DNA of 64,000 nucleotides from Bdellovibrionota bacterium (GTDB lineage Bacteria; Bdellovibrionota_G; JALEGL01; DATDPG01): NCBI GenBank assembly GCA_963668355.1, contig OY764265.1, positions 2,208,001 to 2,272,000 of the forward strand, read 5' to 3'. Shown piece by piece: positions 9,623 to 19,803 of this stretch (position 1 is its first letter; each line of letters starts with the position of its first letter). The notes under the pieces were generated by a model. It saw only the letters and a program-made list of their open reading frames with translations, ran no database searches and was not told where the DNA came from. The position numbers and the translations under genes were made by a program.

Positions 9623-11098
9623 ATGTTGAAGCGAATCTTGGGGTTTACGATTCTTTTCACCTTCGTCGCCGTTCCGGCTGAGGCCTCTACAAGTCATTTT
9701 CAATACGGAACTCAAGGGTCTGGACAGGCCGGAACACACGCCATTCTTTCTCGGAGTGTGGACTCGGAAGTCTCGCAATTTTCGTATGACCAGAATGGGG
9801 ATCTTTCTCGAATTGAGAAAGATGGCATCGAGGTTGAGTCGTATCAATACGATGCGACTCGGAAACTTCGAAAAGCCACACTCAATCAAACGGAGACGAC
9901 CTCTTTCTTTTATACGGCCACGGGCGAAAAAGTGTTGACGCAGTTGCCGGATGGGCGCGTCGAGGTGTTTCTTGAACCGGGACTTCGTGTTTCAAATGAT
10001 GTGGTTCGCTATCAATATGGAACAGATGCCGAAACTAGCTCTTCTGGAGATGGGATTACATTTCAGGTGAAAGATCACTTGGGATCCATTGTGGCGACGG
10101 TGGATTCGACGGGCATGTTGGAACAACGGGATACGCTGCCCTACGGCGAAAAATGGTTTCAATCTCCTGAGCTTCCTGAATTGGACCGAGGATTTAATGG
10201 AAACCGACAAGAGGGAAAACTCTATGACTATAACGCTCGACATTATTCGCCTGAGTTAGCCGCGTTTGTTCAATCCGATTCCCTCGTGCCTCATATGGAT
10301 ACGCTGGGTTTCAACCGATACACCTATGTAAGTGGGAATCCGGTCAACCGAATTGATCCCAGCGGCCATCAAGATCTGGCCGATAATAATGGCATTGACT
10401 TTACTTCGTCGGCGAATGCGAATCTTCAGTTGAGTGAAGATGTTGCGGCTTTGAAGACCCAGCTCTTAGCTCAGGGAGAGCAACGGAGTCAGCTAAATTA
10501 CCTTTTCGCTTTTGATGCCGCCAACTATCTCATCAACGCATCTCCGGATGATCCCATGTATGACAAAGCGGAGTTTGAAGTGGGTATGGATATTTTTATG
10601 GCGATTTTGTCTCTTCAAGGTGGAGGAGGAGGGGGCGTCTCGCGAGCGTCATCTTATGGATGGTTTCGGGCGAGACCTCGAGTTGACTTGATTCCGTTTG
10701 TTCGGGAGTTCACTCCGACATGGCGTTTAAACGCTGAAGCTGCGTTGGCTGGTGTTCGAAGTTCGGGTCGTTTCTTAATTGATAATCGTGAAGTGGTTTT
10801 GGATATTGCTCTAGAAGGTATGCAATTCGCTGAAGACTTATCCAGTGTGAATGTCTTTATGCCGCCAAGTTCGGAACCTAGTGGCGTGGTGGCCGAATTG
10901 CAACCGTATCTGGATTTTGCCTCGGGTGATTACGCGATTCCTTCGCATCATTTGACGTTGATGACGTCGGTTCAGGAGATGGAAATGCATCGCGCAGCGC
11001 TGAGTGGAATTCCCACGATCGAAATTCCGTCGAATGTTCATGTTTCGGCATACATGGATACATCCGGTGTTTGGCGACCGTTGAGCTTGCCGCGCTGA
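9623..11098 (+). CDS. Short signal-peptide Rhs-core protein #2, unknown C-terminal domain
   Basis: ATG 9623 preferred; signal peptide (AEA), GTHAI, YDQNGDL, DHLGS, DYNARHY, FNRYTYVSGNPVNRIDPSG. Confidence 0.88.
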   Translation: MLKRILGFTILFTFVAVPAEASTSHFQYGTQGSGQAGTHAILSRSVDSEVSQFSYDQNGDLSRIEKDGIEVESYQYDATRKLRKATLNQTETTSFFYTATGEKVLTQLPDGRVEVFLEPGLRVSNDVVRYQYGTDAETSSSGDGITFQVKDHLGSIVATVDSTGMLEQRDTLPYGEKWFQSPELPELDRGFNGNRQEGKLYDYNARHYSPELAAFVQSDSLVPHMDTLGFNRYTYVSGNPVNRIDPSGHQDLADNNGIDFTSSANANLQLSEDVAALKTQLLAQGEQRSQLNYLFAFDAANYLINASPDDPMYDKAEFEVGMDIFMAILSLQGGGGGGVSRASSYGWFRARPRVDLIPFVREFTPTWRLNAEAALAGVRSSGRFLIDNREVVLDIALEGMQFAEDLSSVNVFMPPSSEPSGVVAELQPYLDFASGDYAIPSHHLTLMTSVQEMEMHRAALSGIPTIEIPSNVHVSAYMDTSGVWRPLSLPR

Positions 11099-11110
11099 TT
11101 TGAATCAGAT

Positions 11111-12079
11111 TTATCTGGGTTGACAGTCTTCGAGTCGAAGAGGCGTTTCTCTCGTCTCTCTAAGGAGGCCGTATAGTTGGAGATAGTCCTGAAGAGTGTT
11201 TTCGATTCTTCCAAAAAAAGTAAAACCGGTGTGGAATAGCTTATAAATGAACTCCGCATAATCCTCCCGCCCCAGGTGGTCCAAGAGCGCTTCTTTGTCG
11301 AGAGGAATTCCAAAAAAATGAAAAAAGGTATCCCGAATGAAGAAGTCACGTTGTTCGATGTAGTAATGTTCAAAATAAACGCTACCCGGTTGGAAGTCAG
11401 TTCGAGCCAGAATTCCGGGAACGTCTGAATTTTCACATTCGACAAACCCAAAAAGCGTATCTTCAACCAAATGCGACAAGAGTTGATCAACGACTTGTAG
11501 CCAAACGGTGTACACAATAGGATCCTTTGCGTTTCTAGTTCGTGCAATTTCTCGGAGGACAGGAATTCGATCATCAGGATCCAGTCCCAGGTTCTCACCT
11601 TGTATGATGTGAACCGATTCATTGATCAATAGTCGATCAAGCATTTCTTCTGGCGAGATATCGTCTTTTTCGGCAGCTTCGACTACTTTCTTAATGGAAA
11701 TTACGACCGACTTGTTAAGTGACAAAGTAAGGGCAGGTTGTAGAGGATCCTCTGAGAGAATTCGTTTTTGTAGCCTTACGGGAAGAATAGATGGGTTTCG
11801 TTCAAAAAGTAGAAAGTGATAGCCCTTTTTTACAAGGCTTCCGTGAAGTCCTTCGAAGAAGGTTTTTCCTTGAGGATATTCTCGATAGAGATGATTCAAA
11901 CGTTCGAGCATAGCGTTGTTGAAATCCACAAATTCCAATTCCTCAAATGGAGCCGGAAGGGGAAAGTCTCCCTTTGGGGCTTGGGAAAAGGCCGCAGAAG
12001 AACCCATTCCAAAGAAGAGAATGAAGAAGAAAAATCCAGTTCGAAATGTGCGAGTTTTCATAAAATATAATAAAAACAA
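11111..12079 (-). CDS. Secreted hypothetical protein (start may be ATG 12061)
   Basis: Signal peptide, 322-aa ORF filling the gap; NESVH resembles a degenerate HExxH. Confidence 0.65.
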   Translation of the reverse strand: MFLLYFMKTRTFRTGFFFFILFFGMGSSAAFSQAPKGDFPLPAPFEELEFVDFNNAMLERLNHLYREYPQGKTFFEGLHGSLVKKGYHFLLFERNPSILPVRLQKRILSEDPLQPALTLSLNKSVVISIKKVVEAAEKDDISPEEMLDRLLINESVHIIQGENLGLDPDDRIPVLREIARTRNAKDPIVYTVWLQVVDQLLSHLVEDTLFGFVECENSDVPGILARTDFQPGSVYFEHYYIEQRDFFIRDTFFHFFGIPLDKEALLDHLGREDYAEFIYKLFHTGFTFFGRIENTLQDYLQLYGLLRETRETPLRLEDCQPR

Positions 12080-12113
12080 ATAGTTATATGTACGCCTGCC
12101 TGCTGTTGGTCAT

Positions 12114-12142
12114 TGTATATCCAAAAGGACGCGATGTGTCAA
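12114..12142 (-). promoter_or_regulatory. Sigma70-type promoter TTGACA-N17-TATACA
   Basis: Read directly on the minus strand upstream of 11111..12079. Confidence 0.5.
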
Positions 12143-12257
12143 TTTGAGGTTTGCGTTTATATTTTTGCGTCATTTTTTTCTTCACATTTGGAATTTTATG
12201 TGACACACAGCGTCCATTCGTGCTTTATGCGTTACGTCATCATTGGGGGTCCGTAGA

Positions 12258-13901
12258 ATGACGAGAGGCCTACGAGTTTGCTTAATCGCAACTTTAATCT
12301 CAGGTCTTATCTTTGGGCCCATCCCTTTGAGAGCCGATCCAGTTCGTTCCTTCTATCGTAATGACAGTTCTCAAGAAGTTTTGGGTTTATGCAATCCTTT
12401 GTTGGACGAAAATCCAAATGAGAATGCGCCTTTCGCACCTCATGCCGTTTGTATGGACAAAGAAGAATTTGGCGACATCCAACGCTTTTATCGTTACGAC
12501 AAGAACGGTGACATGGTCGGTATCGTGGAAGGTTCTGACCCCACGGCACCTTTAACGACGACGCACACGTATTTCGCCAATCGTCGACTTAAGAATATCT
12601 CAAGTCCAGAGGAACAGGCGTTCTTTTTCTACACGGCTTCGGGAGAACGCGTCGTCGGATTGGTTGAGCAGGGAGGCGTTCGAAATGTTTCGGTCTCTCT
12701 GGAGCCCTTTTTGACGGTTGAGAACGAGCAAGTTCATTATCAGTTTGGTTCTGATCTGAGTACTTGGGGCGTAGATGAATTCGTTTTTCACTTGGCCGAT
12801 CAAGTGGGAAATATTTTGGTCTCCATCACGTCCAGTGGCCCGGCCGTTCAACGAGATTACCTCCCTTATGGGGATAGCTGGTTCAAACATAGTTTGATCG
12901 AGAACGTCATGGGTTTTAACGGGATGCGGGAGGACGGTGCGTATCTCGACTATAACGCCAGACATTATGCTGCGGGACTTGGAAAGTTTCTCCAAGCGGA
13001 CTCTTTCATTCCGGATCCAGGGAAAGCCGTTCCTTACAATCGATATGCATATACAAATAATAGTCCGCTCATTCATCGAGATGACAGTGGTCATTTCCCA
13101 TTCCTGGTTGCGGCTCTTGTGGGTGGTGCTTTAACGGCGTTTGCTTATCGGGATCGCATTGAAAACTTCCGACAATTCATGGGCGTTTTCATGGCCGGAA
13201 TGGTGGGCGGTGCTTTGCCCGGAGCGGGTCAAGCGTTGGGCGGAGCCATTGGAAGCCAGATCATCGGAAGCATGTTGGCGGGTGCCTTGGCGAGTGTGAC
13301 CTCGACAGCCATGCTTTATGGAACCTTTGGTGCCCAAATGACGGAAAAGGGATTTTTCACGGCTTTGGCCTCAGGTGCGGCTGCGGGTATGGTGAGTGGT
13401 GCTTTTGGAGAAGCGATTGGCTCCACCAAAAAGCAGCTGTTGGAACAAGGAAAGGAAATGAGTTCCTTGACGCATGCGGCGTTACGAGGAACACAAAATC
13501 TCTTTCATCGGCAGGTTCAAACGGCCATTTATTCTTCGTTTGGATATGAGACGGATGTGAGCGGGATTTCCGCAGCCGGAGCATTTCTTTCAGGAGCCGT
13601 TTCAGGCGCGCTCTATAAAGGGCCAGACTTTAAAGATAATGCAACGAATGAACTGGGGATTCCACAATATGAACTGCAAGAAGGGAATATCGGCAAATTA
13701 TTCTCCGCTTCCTTCTTGGGCGATTTGGCCGATCAAGTGGTCACCGGACAATTTGATAATGGAGATCACGTTTCTTCCGCATTTCTCAATAGTATTGGAA
13801 ACAGCATTACCAACCAAGTGTATTTGAATCAGGCCGTGGATATGGCCAATGACAAAATCATTAAACAAGTAAGTCAACAGGTGTCGTCACCCAATCCATG
13901 A
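12258..13901 (+). CDS. Short signal-peptide Rhs-core protein #3 with Gly/Ala-rich hydrophobic C-terminal domain
   Basis: ATG 12258 preferred; signal peptide, APHAV, YDKNGDM, DQVGN, DYNARHY, YNRYAYTNNSPLIHRDDSG. Confidence 0.88.
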   Translation: MTRGLRVCLIATLISGLIFGPIPLRADPVRSFYRNDSSQEVLGLCNPLLDENPNENAPFAPHAVCMDKEEFGDIQRFYRYDKNGDMVGIVEGSDPTAPLTTTHTYFANRRLKNISSPEEQAFFFYTASGERVVGLVEQGGVRNVSVSLEPFLTVENEQVHYQFGSDLSTWGVDEFVFHLADQVGNILVSITSSGPAVQRDYLPYGDSWFKHSLIENVMGFNGMREDGAYLDYNARHYAAGLGKFLQADSFIPDPGKAVPYNRYAYTNNSPLIHRDDSGHFPFLVAALVGGALTAFAYRDRIENFRQFMGVFMAGMVGGALPGAGQALGGAIGSQIIGSMLAGALASVTSTAMLYGTFGAQMTEKGFFTALASGAAAGMVSGAFGEAIGSTKKQLLEQGKEMSSLTHAALRGTQNLFHRQVQTAIYSSFGYETDVSGISAAGAFLSGAVSGALYKGPDFKDNATNELGIPQYELQEGNIGKLFSASFLGDLADQVVTGQFDNGDHVSSAFLNSIGNSITNQVYLNQAVDMANDKIIKQVSQQVSSPNP

Positions 13902-13911
13902 GGGGTTAAGT

Positions 13912-16900
13912 ATGTTTAAAAAAGAAAACTTTGTTTCATATTTTCTTTTGAGTCTTGGAATTTTGCTTGTGACATCGAATGGTGTTCATGCAGAGTTCAC
14001 GTCGAGCGACAATCCTTTGAATCTCACTTTCCATGAATTTGAAGAGCCCAATCTTTCTTCGGGTGACTTTTCAATGTCCATTCCTTTTGAGGCTCCGGAA
14101 GGAATTGGTGGTTTGAAGCCGAGCATTGCCCTTCAATACAATAGCGCAGCTGGAAATGGTGTGGCTGGAATGGGTTGGTCTTTCAATCTTTCTTGCATTG
14201 AACGTTTTTCTGCTCCCAAGGATGTAAAAACGACCGATGGAAACGACGATACTCTTTTTCTGGGAAGAGGAGATGTGAACGAAGAACCCAACCAATCTTT
14301 GTATTATTTGGACGGTCAGAGACTGGTTGCCTGCGATGGGTCAGAAGAATGTCCACAGGCCTATGACGACAATTTTTCTTACCAAATCAACTATTCTCCC
14401 GTTCTGAATAACGCCAGTTTACTCACGCAACGGATTGATGTGGGTCCGCCGATGTATCCCATGTTGGCCGCTTGGGAAATGAAGACGCTGGAAGGCTTGA
14501 CGATCAACTATGGTTCTCGAGGAGAGGACGATTTTTATACGGGCCGTTTGTTGGAAGATGCGCGAGAAGTCGAAATTTTTAGTCCTACGGAGATATTTGT
14601 TTTTGACGGTCAAGGAAAGCGATCGGTGAAATGGTGTGCAACGCGAATCACGAATGGCACATATAAATCCACGGGAGATGGTTTGGCCGAAGTATTGATT
14701 GACTATGAAAACGGACTGACGGCTCCTTCCACAATCACATGGGATCCGGATTTTCGCATGGAGTTTCAATACGAAGGTCGATCTGATGTCGATGAGAGCA
14801 TGGCCGCTCCAGCCCGACATAGCGAGTATCGAAGATGGAAGAGTGTAGATATTTATAAAGGACAGACACTTTTGCGACGCTATGAAGCTCGGTATGAGAC
14901 GGGAATTCAGACGGGTGTGTCCAGGTTGGCCGCCGTGGTCATGAAGGACAAAGATAACAGCGCATGCCGACAAGATACGGGTTCAGCCGATGATGTGTGG
15001 TGTCCGATCTGGAGTGCTGAATATGGCGATTTCGATCCAGGTGAAAGCATGTATGCGGCTACGTCTAACATTGAAGCCATTCCACGCAATGCAAACAACC
15101 CTGGAACGCGTTTGATGGACATTAACGGAGACGGCCTTCCGGACTATGTCTCTTATTGGGGGGATTGGAACAACGATTCCTATTCCAGCACGTTAGAAGT
15201 CTACTTAGCTACCGGTTCAGGGTGGGCCCACACACCGGAAGCCTCGGCCTATGAAGCGGCTTTGGCCGAAATGGGGCAACCGTTTTCCATTAATCACGAT
15301 CCTCGCTGGGCAGATGAAGGTGTGAGGAGTGGAGACTTTGACGGCAACGGATACATGGACTTTCTTCAAATCGAAAAAGGCGCGTCACCTCATACGCGTT
15401 TATGGCTCCAACGAAGAAACGAATCGGGAACACAGATTTCCTTCGATTTGGTTTATGAAAATGGCATGTCGAATCCCGAATTCGATTTGGGACCCTTGGC
15501 GGATGACAATATGGCCGTGTTTTCCGAGGTACACTGGAATATAAGCAACGAGCACGGCTGGTTGGTTGCGGACTTGGATGGGGATGGTTTGACCGATGTG
15601 TTTGGCGGATCAGCCTATCATCAGTTCGTTGAGGATGAAGAATTTCCCATTCAGCATCAATTTTATGCAAGGACGGATTCAAACGGCAAGGTGGTTCGGG
15701 CTGCTTATCTGAACCGAGGAGATCATTTTATTCGGAATGATCGGTTTGCTCCCCCCCAACCATTTGCTGTTGCTGGAGGGTATAGAGGCAGTCGAAAGAA
15801 TTTGTTGGGAGTTATGGTGGCAGATGTAAACGGGGATCATTTTCCGGATATCATTCAAGCTGGACCACACTTGGATTTGCAGCCGTTTGTTCCGGAAGAA
15901 TACAAAGTTCAAACCATGACGCGTGTCGATTCCGAACGGAATATCCAATACAAAGTTTGGTTGAATGGAAATAGCATTTTAACAGCCGGGTATATGCCCT
16001 ATTTCTTTCCGGACCATACAGGCAGTGTTTGGATTGAATCAGAGGCCTATGGCCAGCGCCTACAAGAGCTCATGGATGGAAAATCGTTTGTTAAGGCTGC
16101 ATCCATTTGGGCGGCGGGAGAAACCTATACAACGGCAAACTGGTCGGATTATCGAGATGGTCGTGAAACGAGTGGGGATGATCTTGGCTATCGTTTTAAG
16201 GATGTCAATGGAGATCACAAAGCCGATATTCTGTTTTCGAGAGAAGGCAGCGTCAAAATGGCGTTAATATCAGACTATGACAATCTTTGGGTGTCGGACT
16301 CTCGTTACTTGCCCACGATTCGATTTAAAGAAGAAACCAACGACGGAAAATATTTTCAATATGGCGATGCCATGGATTTCAACGGGGACGGCTTTACGGA
16401 CATGGTCCCACGAGATGGTCGAGCCTTTATGAATCGTTTGGCCGAAGTTGATTCGGAAGGTTACCTGGCACATCCCGTTGATTTGCTCACGAAAGTGGGT
16501 TCTCCAATGGGCGGTCGGCAAACGATCAAATATAAACGCTTGAAGAGTGGTCACGGTGAAGATGACTTTGTGAATTACCACCGTATGCCTCAGCCCAAGG
16601 TTGTTGTGGCCGAAATCGAGGTCAGTGATGGTAGAAGCGGTGGAAGTGTTTCCGTTCCCACGCAATATGAATACTTTGGGGGGAAATATGATCGTGTGCG
16701 AAGGCGATTCAGCGGATTTCGCTATGTTCGTGCGACAAAGGCATTCCCAGCCGATGAGATTCACAATGGGAACACGTCTCCTCGAACCTTGATGACCGAG
16801 AGTTGGTTCCACCAAGATTGGTGTTTGTCTGGTCAGCTTCAAGCTTCTTTGGTTTCAGGAAATAACAATCCCGATGAGAGTCATCATTATACGCTGCCAG

Positions 16901-19803
16901 GATTCGGGCAAAGTGATCCCTTTGGACCTGCCTATGATACGAACTTTGACTTTTTGAAGAACAATGACGAACAATTGTTGGCCTGGAAGACATTGAGCTA
17001 TCTGAATGTTCATAATCCTTCAGCTCCTTCCTCCTGCAACGATGTGGCTCAAAGTCCCATTTTTGTTCCATTGACCCGAAAGGTCTCCGTTCAATACGGA
17101 CAGGATGAAAGCACGTTGGTTAAAACTGGTACGACAGAAAGCTATGACTACTACCCGACGTTTGGTTTGATGCGTGAGAGTGCGCTGGTGGACAATATCA
17201 TTTATGGGACTGCACATAGTGATCTTTCCCCGATGCGGAGAACCGAGAAAGTTTATGCCAAAAATCTTTCTGCTTGGCAGGTGAGGCCGTGCGAGGAAAA
17301 ACTCTATCTTGGAAATGAAATGACGGTCTCTCGGGCCGTTAAAAAAAGATATTCCTCTGGATTTAATTGTTCGCTGCCCTTGCCCAGTCAAGGAAATCCG
17401 AAGCTTGCTCCTTTGGGAGAAAAAATTGAAGGCGGAGGTTTGACTCAGGAACAGTCTTTTTCTTATGACAAGTATGGGAATCAAACCCGTCATACGAAGT
17501 TTGTGGGAACGGAAATCCCGCTTTCGATCATGAGCTTTTACCGAGATCCAAATCAGGTCCATCCAGATGGAATGTATCTCTTCGAGCAATATACTCTTCC
17601 AGACCCCGGAACAGGGACGACAAATCTTATGAAGCGAGACATCGTTCGTTCCTCGGAATATGATCAGTTTGGAAGGTTGACGTCTCGATATAGTGGGCAA
17701 CGGGTTCGAACGCACTATGACTATGATTCGTATCATCGCTTGATTCGAACCGAACAAAGCGACAACGACGGTGTTTTAAAATCCTGGAGTTCCATCGAGT
17801 ATGGGGGAATTCCCGGGAACTATGCGGATGGATCGAATTCCACGGCAAATTGGCAGCATGTGTTGAGAAAAAGCTCTTTCAATTTGGATGGCCTCAATGA
17901 AGGTGGACCTTCAGAGTTGGCCTCCAAAGAATGGGTTGATGGTTTGGGAAGAAGTTATCGAACCGTGTCTGTCAACGGTATGGGAGATCAGGAGCGAATT
18001 TCAGTTGTGAAAACGTATAACTCTCTTGGAAAAGTGGCTTCTGTTACGCATCCCTTCTTTGCGGCCTCAGATTCTGACGCTTATCAACCGGACCATGAGG
18101 GCGTGCAGACAGAATACGACGTTTTTGGTCGAATTCAGCACACGTCAGGTGCTGGAGTCCCAACGGTAGACTATGGCTATTCGATGGATTCTAATGCCCA
18201 AGGTGTGCGAACGCGCGTCACAACCACCAACACGAACGGTGCAAACAGCGATCGTTTCATTGTAAAAGATACGTTGGGCCGAACGGTTTTGACGGCGGAA
18301 TGTAAGGCATCAGAAAACGGATCTTGCGGAAATAATCCGAGAGGTTCGGAATATGTTCAAACCAAACATGATTACGATGCATTCGATCAACTGAGACAAA
18401 CGACTTTGAACGACAATAGCCGCATGGTGATGAGCTATGATCGTCTGGGACGAAAAACCTGGATGATTGATCCGAATATGTCCAATTGTGAGTATATGCT
18501 TCCGGACGGATGGGACTTCAATCTCTATGATGTCGCCTGGGCCGGTGGAGAACATTGCAATTGGTCTTATTTTTATGATGATCGAGGGAATCTAGCCCAG
18601 CAAGTGGATGGAAAGGGGCAAACGACGAACACTCGGTTCGATATGTACAACCGAGAGACCTGGAAATTCACATGTGACGAAAATGGGAAATTGGATGCCC
18701 TTTCAAATTTTGAATATGACCATCATCGCCCCAATAAAATCTGGCAAGAGAGGCATTTAGTTTTTCCCTATCCCTATGGGAGCCCTCGTGGCTATTTTGC
18801 CGGGGTGCAAGTCAGCTTAAATGAAGATGGATCTAAACCAAGCTGTCCGCTCAGTTTGCAGGGAGACGAATCGGTCAGTGACGAAACCAATCCTTTGAAT
18901 ATGAAGCGATATATTCGCCACAATGAATTTGGTGAGATTGAAACCAAAGACACACAGATTCAATTGTCTCGACCTGAGCTTGGGTTGGACGTGGATGAAC
19001 GTACGATCATTTGGACAGACTATGGGGCTGCTGGGCAAGTTCGTTCTTCAGTGGTGAACCTTTATGACACCTCTCAAGAGCAAGTATTGTCCTATAATTA
19101 TGGTCGGTATGGGCATTTGACTGCCTACGATACGAATGCGACCTGCTATCCTCCCATCAGCGACATTACGTATGACGCAAGTGGGAGAGTCACGCATAAA
19201 ACGATGACCCATATGCCTGCTTCTGGTGATTGCAACCCTGCGAATATCGGGAATATCGGAGATGTGTCGTATGACTATTTCGATGCCAATCATGTGGATC
19301 ATTTCAATCGTTTGTCAAAGATCACATTCAGTCCATCAGAAGCGCTTGGTGCCAATTCCGCTCTGGAAATTAAGTACAGCAAGGAAGATGGGACACCTGG
19401 TTACGATACATTTGGGAACATCAACTTCATGAAATACACGTGGGGTGTGGGTGGAACCGATCCAAAGTCTTATAAGAAGGCCTTCGCGTATGATCGCTTG
19501 GGACAGCTAACGCGGTTCGGTTTCTACGACTATCAGTCCAATGGCGTATCGGTTCCGGCTTCATGGAATCCGGAAATCTATCCAGATTTCGCATGGGACG
19601 TGTATTTATATAGCCCTCTGGGAAATCGTGAGTATGCGAATGTAAAGGACTATGGGAGCCATCAACCGGATCTTCCGGCGATGGAAGCCGTGAGAGCGCA
19701 GCCAGATGTTAGATCTTTTCCAGGCATCCGACCGATTGAGACGAAACCGAAGAAAAAATCAAAACGCAAAGCAACCATAGACGACTTCGCCTTTAGCAAA
19801 TAG
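13912..19803 (+). CDS. SpvB/TcB-like + FG-GAP + TcdB-mid + YD-repeat shell protein with signal peptide, lacking Rhs core and toxin domain
   Basis: SGDFSMSIPFEAPEGIGGLKPSIALQYNS..GNG.AGMGW; six DxNGDG-type repeats; LLTKVGSPMGG, RRFSGFRYV; many YD repeats (YDKYGN, YDQFGR, YDRLGR, YDDRGN, YDRLGQ); no DHLGS/ARxY/DPxG. Confidence 0.9.
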   Translation: MFKKENFVSYFLLSLGILLVTSNGVHAEFTSSDNPLNLTFHEFEEPNLSSGDFSMSIPFEAPEGIGGLKPSIALQYNSAAGNGVAGMGWSFNLSCIERFSAPKDVKTTDGNDDTLFLGRGDVNEEPNQSLYYLDGQRLVACDGSEECPQAYDDNFSYQINYSPVLNNASLLTQRIDVGPPMYPMLAAWEMKTLEGLTINYGSRGEDDFYTGRLLEDAREVEIFSPTEIFVFDGQGKRSVKWCATRITNGTYKSTGDGLAEVLIDYENGLTAPSTITWDPDFRMEFQYEGRSDVDESMAAPARHSEYRRWKSVDIYKGQTLLRRYEARYETGIQTGVSRLAAVVMKDKDNSACRQDTGSADDVWCPIWSAEYGDFDPGESMYAATSNIEAIPRNANNPGTRLMDINGDGLPDYVSYWGDWNNDSYSSTLEVYLATGSGWAHTPEASAYEAALAEMGQPFSINHDPRWADEGVRSGDFDGNGYMDFLQIEKGASPHTRLWLQRRNESGTQISFDLVYENGMSNPEFDLGPLADDNMAVFSEVHWNISNEHGWLVADLDGDGLTDVFGGSAYHQFVEDEEFPIQHQFYARTDSNGKVVRAAYLNRGDHFIRNDRFAPPQPFAVAGGYRGSRKNLLGVMVADVNGDHFPDIIQAGPHLDLQPFVPEEYKVQTMTRVDSERNIQYKVWLNGNSILTAGYMPYFFPDHTGSVWIESEAYGQRLQELMDGKSFVKAASIWAAGETYTTANWSDYRDGRETSGDDLGYRFKDVNGDHKADILFSREGSVKMALISDYDNLWVSDSRYLPTIRFKEETNDGKYFQYGDAMDFNGDGFTDMVPRDGRAFMNRLAEVDSEGYLAHPVDLLTKVGSPMGGRQTIKYKRLKSGHGEDDFVNYHRMPQPKVVVAEIEVSDGRSGGSVSVPTQYEYFGGKYDRVRRRFSGFRYVRATKAFPADEIHNGNTSPRTLMTESWFHQDWCLSGQLQASLVSGNNNPDESHHYTLPGFGQSDPFGPAYDTNFDFLKNNDEQLLAWKTLSYLNVHNPSAPSSCNDVAQSPIFVPLTRKVSVQYGQDESTLVKTGTTESYDYYPTFGLMRESALVDNIIYGTAHSDLSPMRRTEKVYAKNLSAWQVRPCEEKLYLGNEMTVSRAVKKRYSSGFNCSLPLPSQGNPKLAPLGEKIEGGGLTQEQSFSYDKYGNQTRHTKFVGTEIPLSIMSFYRDPNQVHPDGMYLFEQYTLPDPGTGTTNLMKRDIVRSSEYDQFGRLTSRYSGQRVRTHYDYDSYHRLIRTEQSDNDGVLKSWSSIEYGGIPGNYADGSNSTANWQHVLRKSSFNLDGLNEGGPSELASKEWVDGLGRSYRTVSVNGMGDQERISVVKTYNSLGKVASVTHPFFAASDSDAYQPDHEGVQTEYDVFGRIQHTSGAGVPTVDYGYSMDSNAQGVRTRVTTTNTNGANSDRFIVKDTLGRTVLTAECKASENGSCGNNPRGSEYVQTKHDYDAFDQLRQTTLNDNSRMVMSYDRLGRKTWMIDPNMSNCEYMLPDGWDFNLYDVAWAGGEHCNWSYFYDDRGNLAQQVDGKGQTTNTRFDMYNRETWKFTCDENGKLDALSNFEYDHHRPNKIWQERHLVFPYPYGSPRGYFAGVQVSLNEDGSKPSCPLSLQGDESVSDETNPLNMKRYIRHNEFGEIETKDTQIQLSRPELGLDVDERTIIWTDYGAAGQVRSSVVNLYDTSQEQVLSYNYGRYGHLTAYDTNATCYPPISDITYDASGRVTHKTMTHMPASGDCNPANIGNIGDVSYDYFDANHVDHFNRLSKITFSPSEALGANSALEIKYSKEDGTPGYDTFGNINFMKYTWGVGGTDPKSYKKAFAYDRLGQLTRFGFYDYQSNGVSVPASWNPEIYPDFAWDVYLYSPLGNREYANVKDYGSHQPDLPAMEAVRAQPDVRSFPGIRPIETKPKKKSKRKATIDDFAFSK

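Noticed and set aside
12258..19803. A single Rhs gene broken by a frameshift or stop
   Set aside because: The core-bearing ORF is upstream of the shell, and each ORF has its own signal peptide and RBS-like site.
7992..19803. T6SS Rhs effectors or a complete Tc (ABC) toxin
   Set aside because: No PAAR/VgrG/EagR or TcA in the window; Sec-type signal peptides are present.
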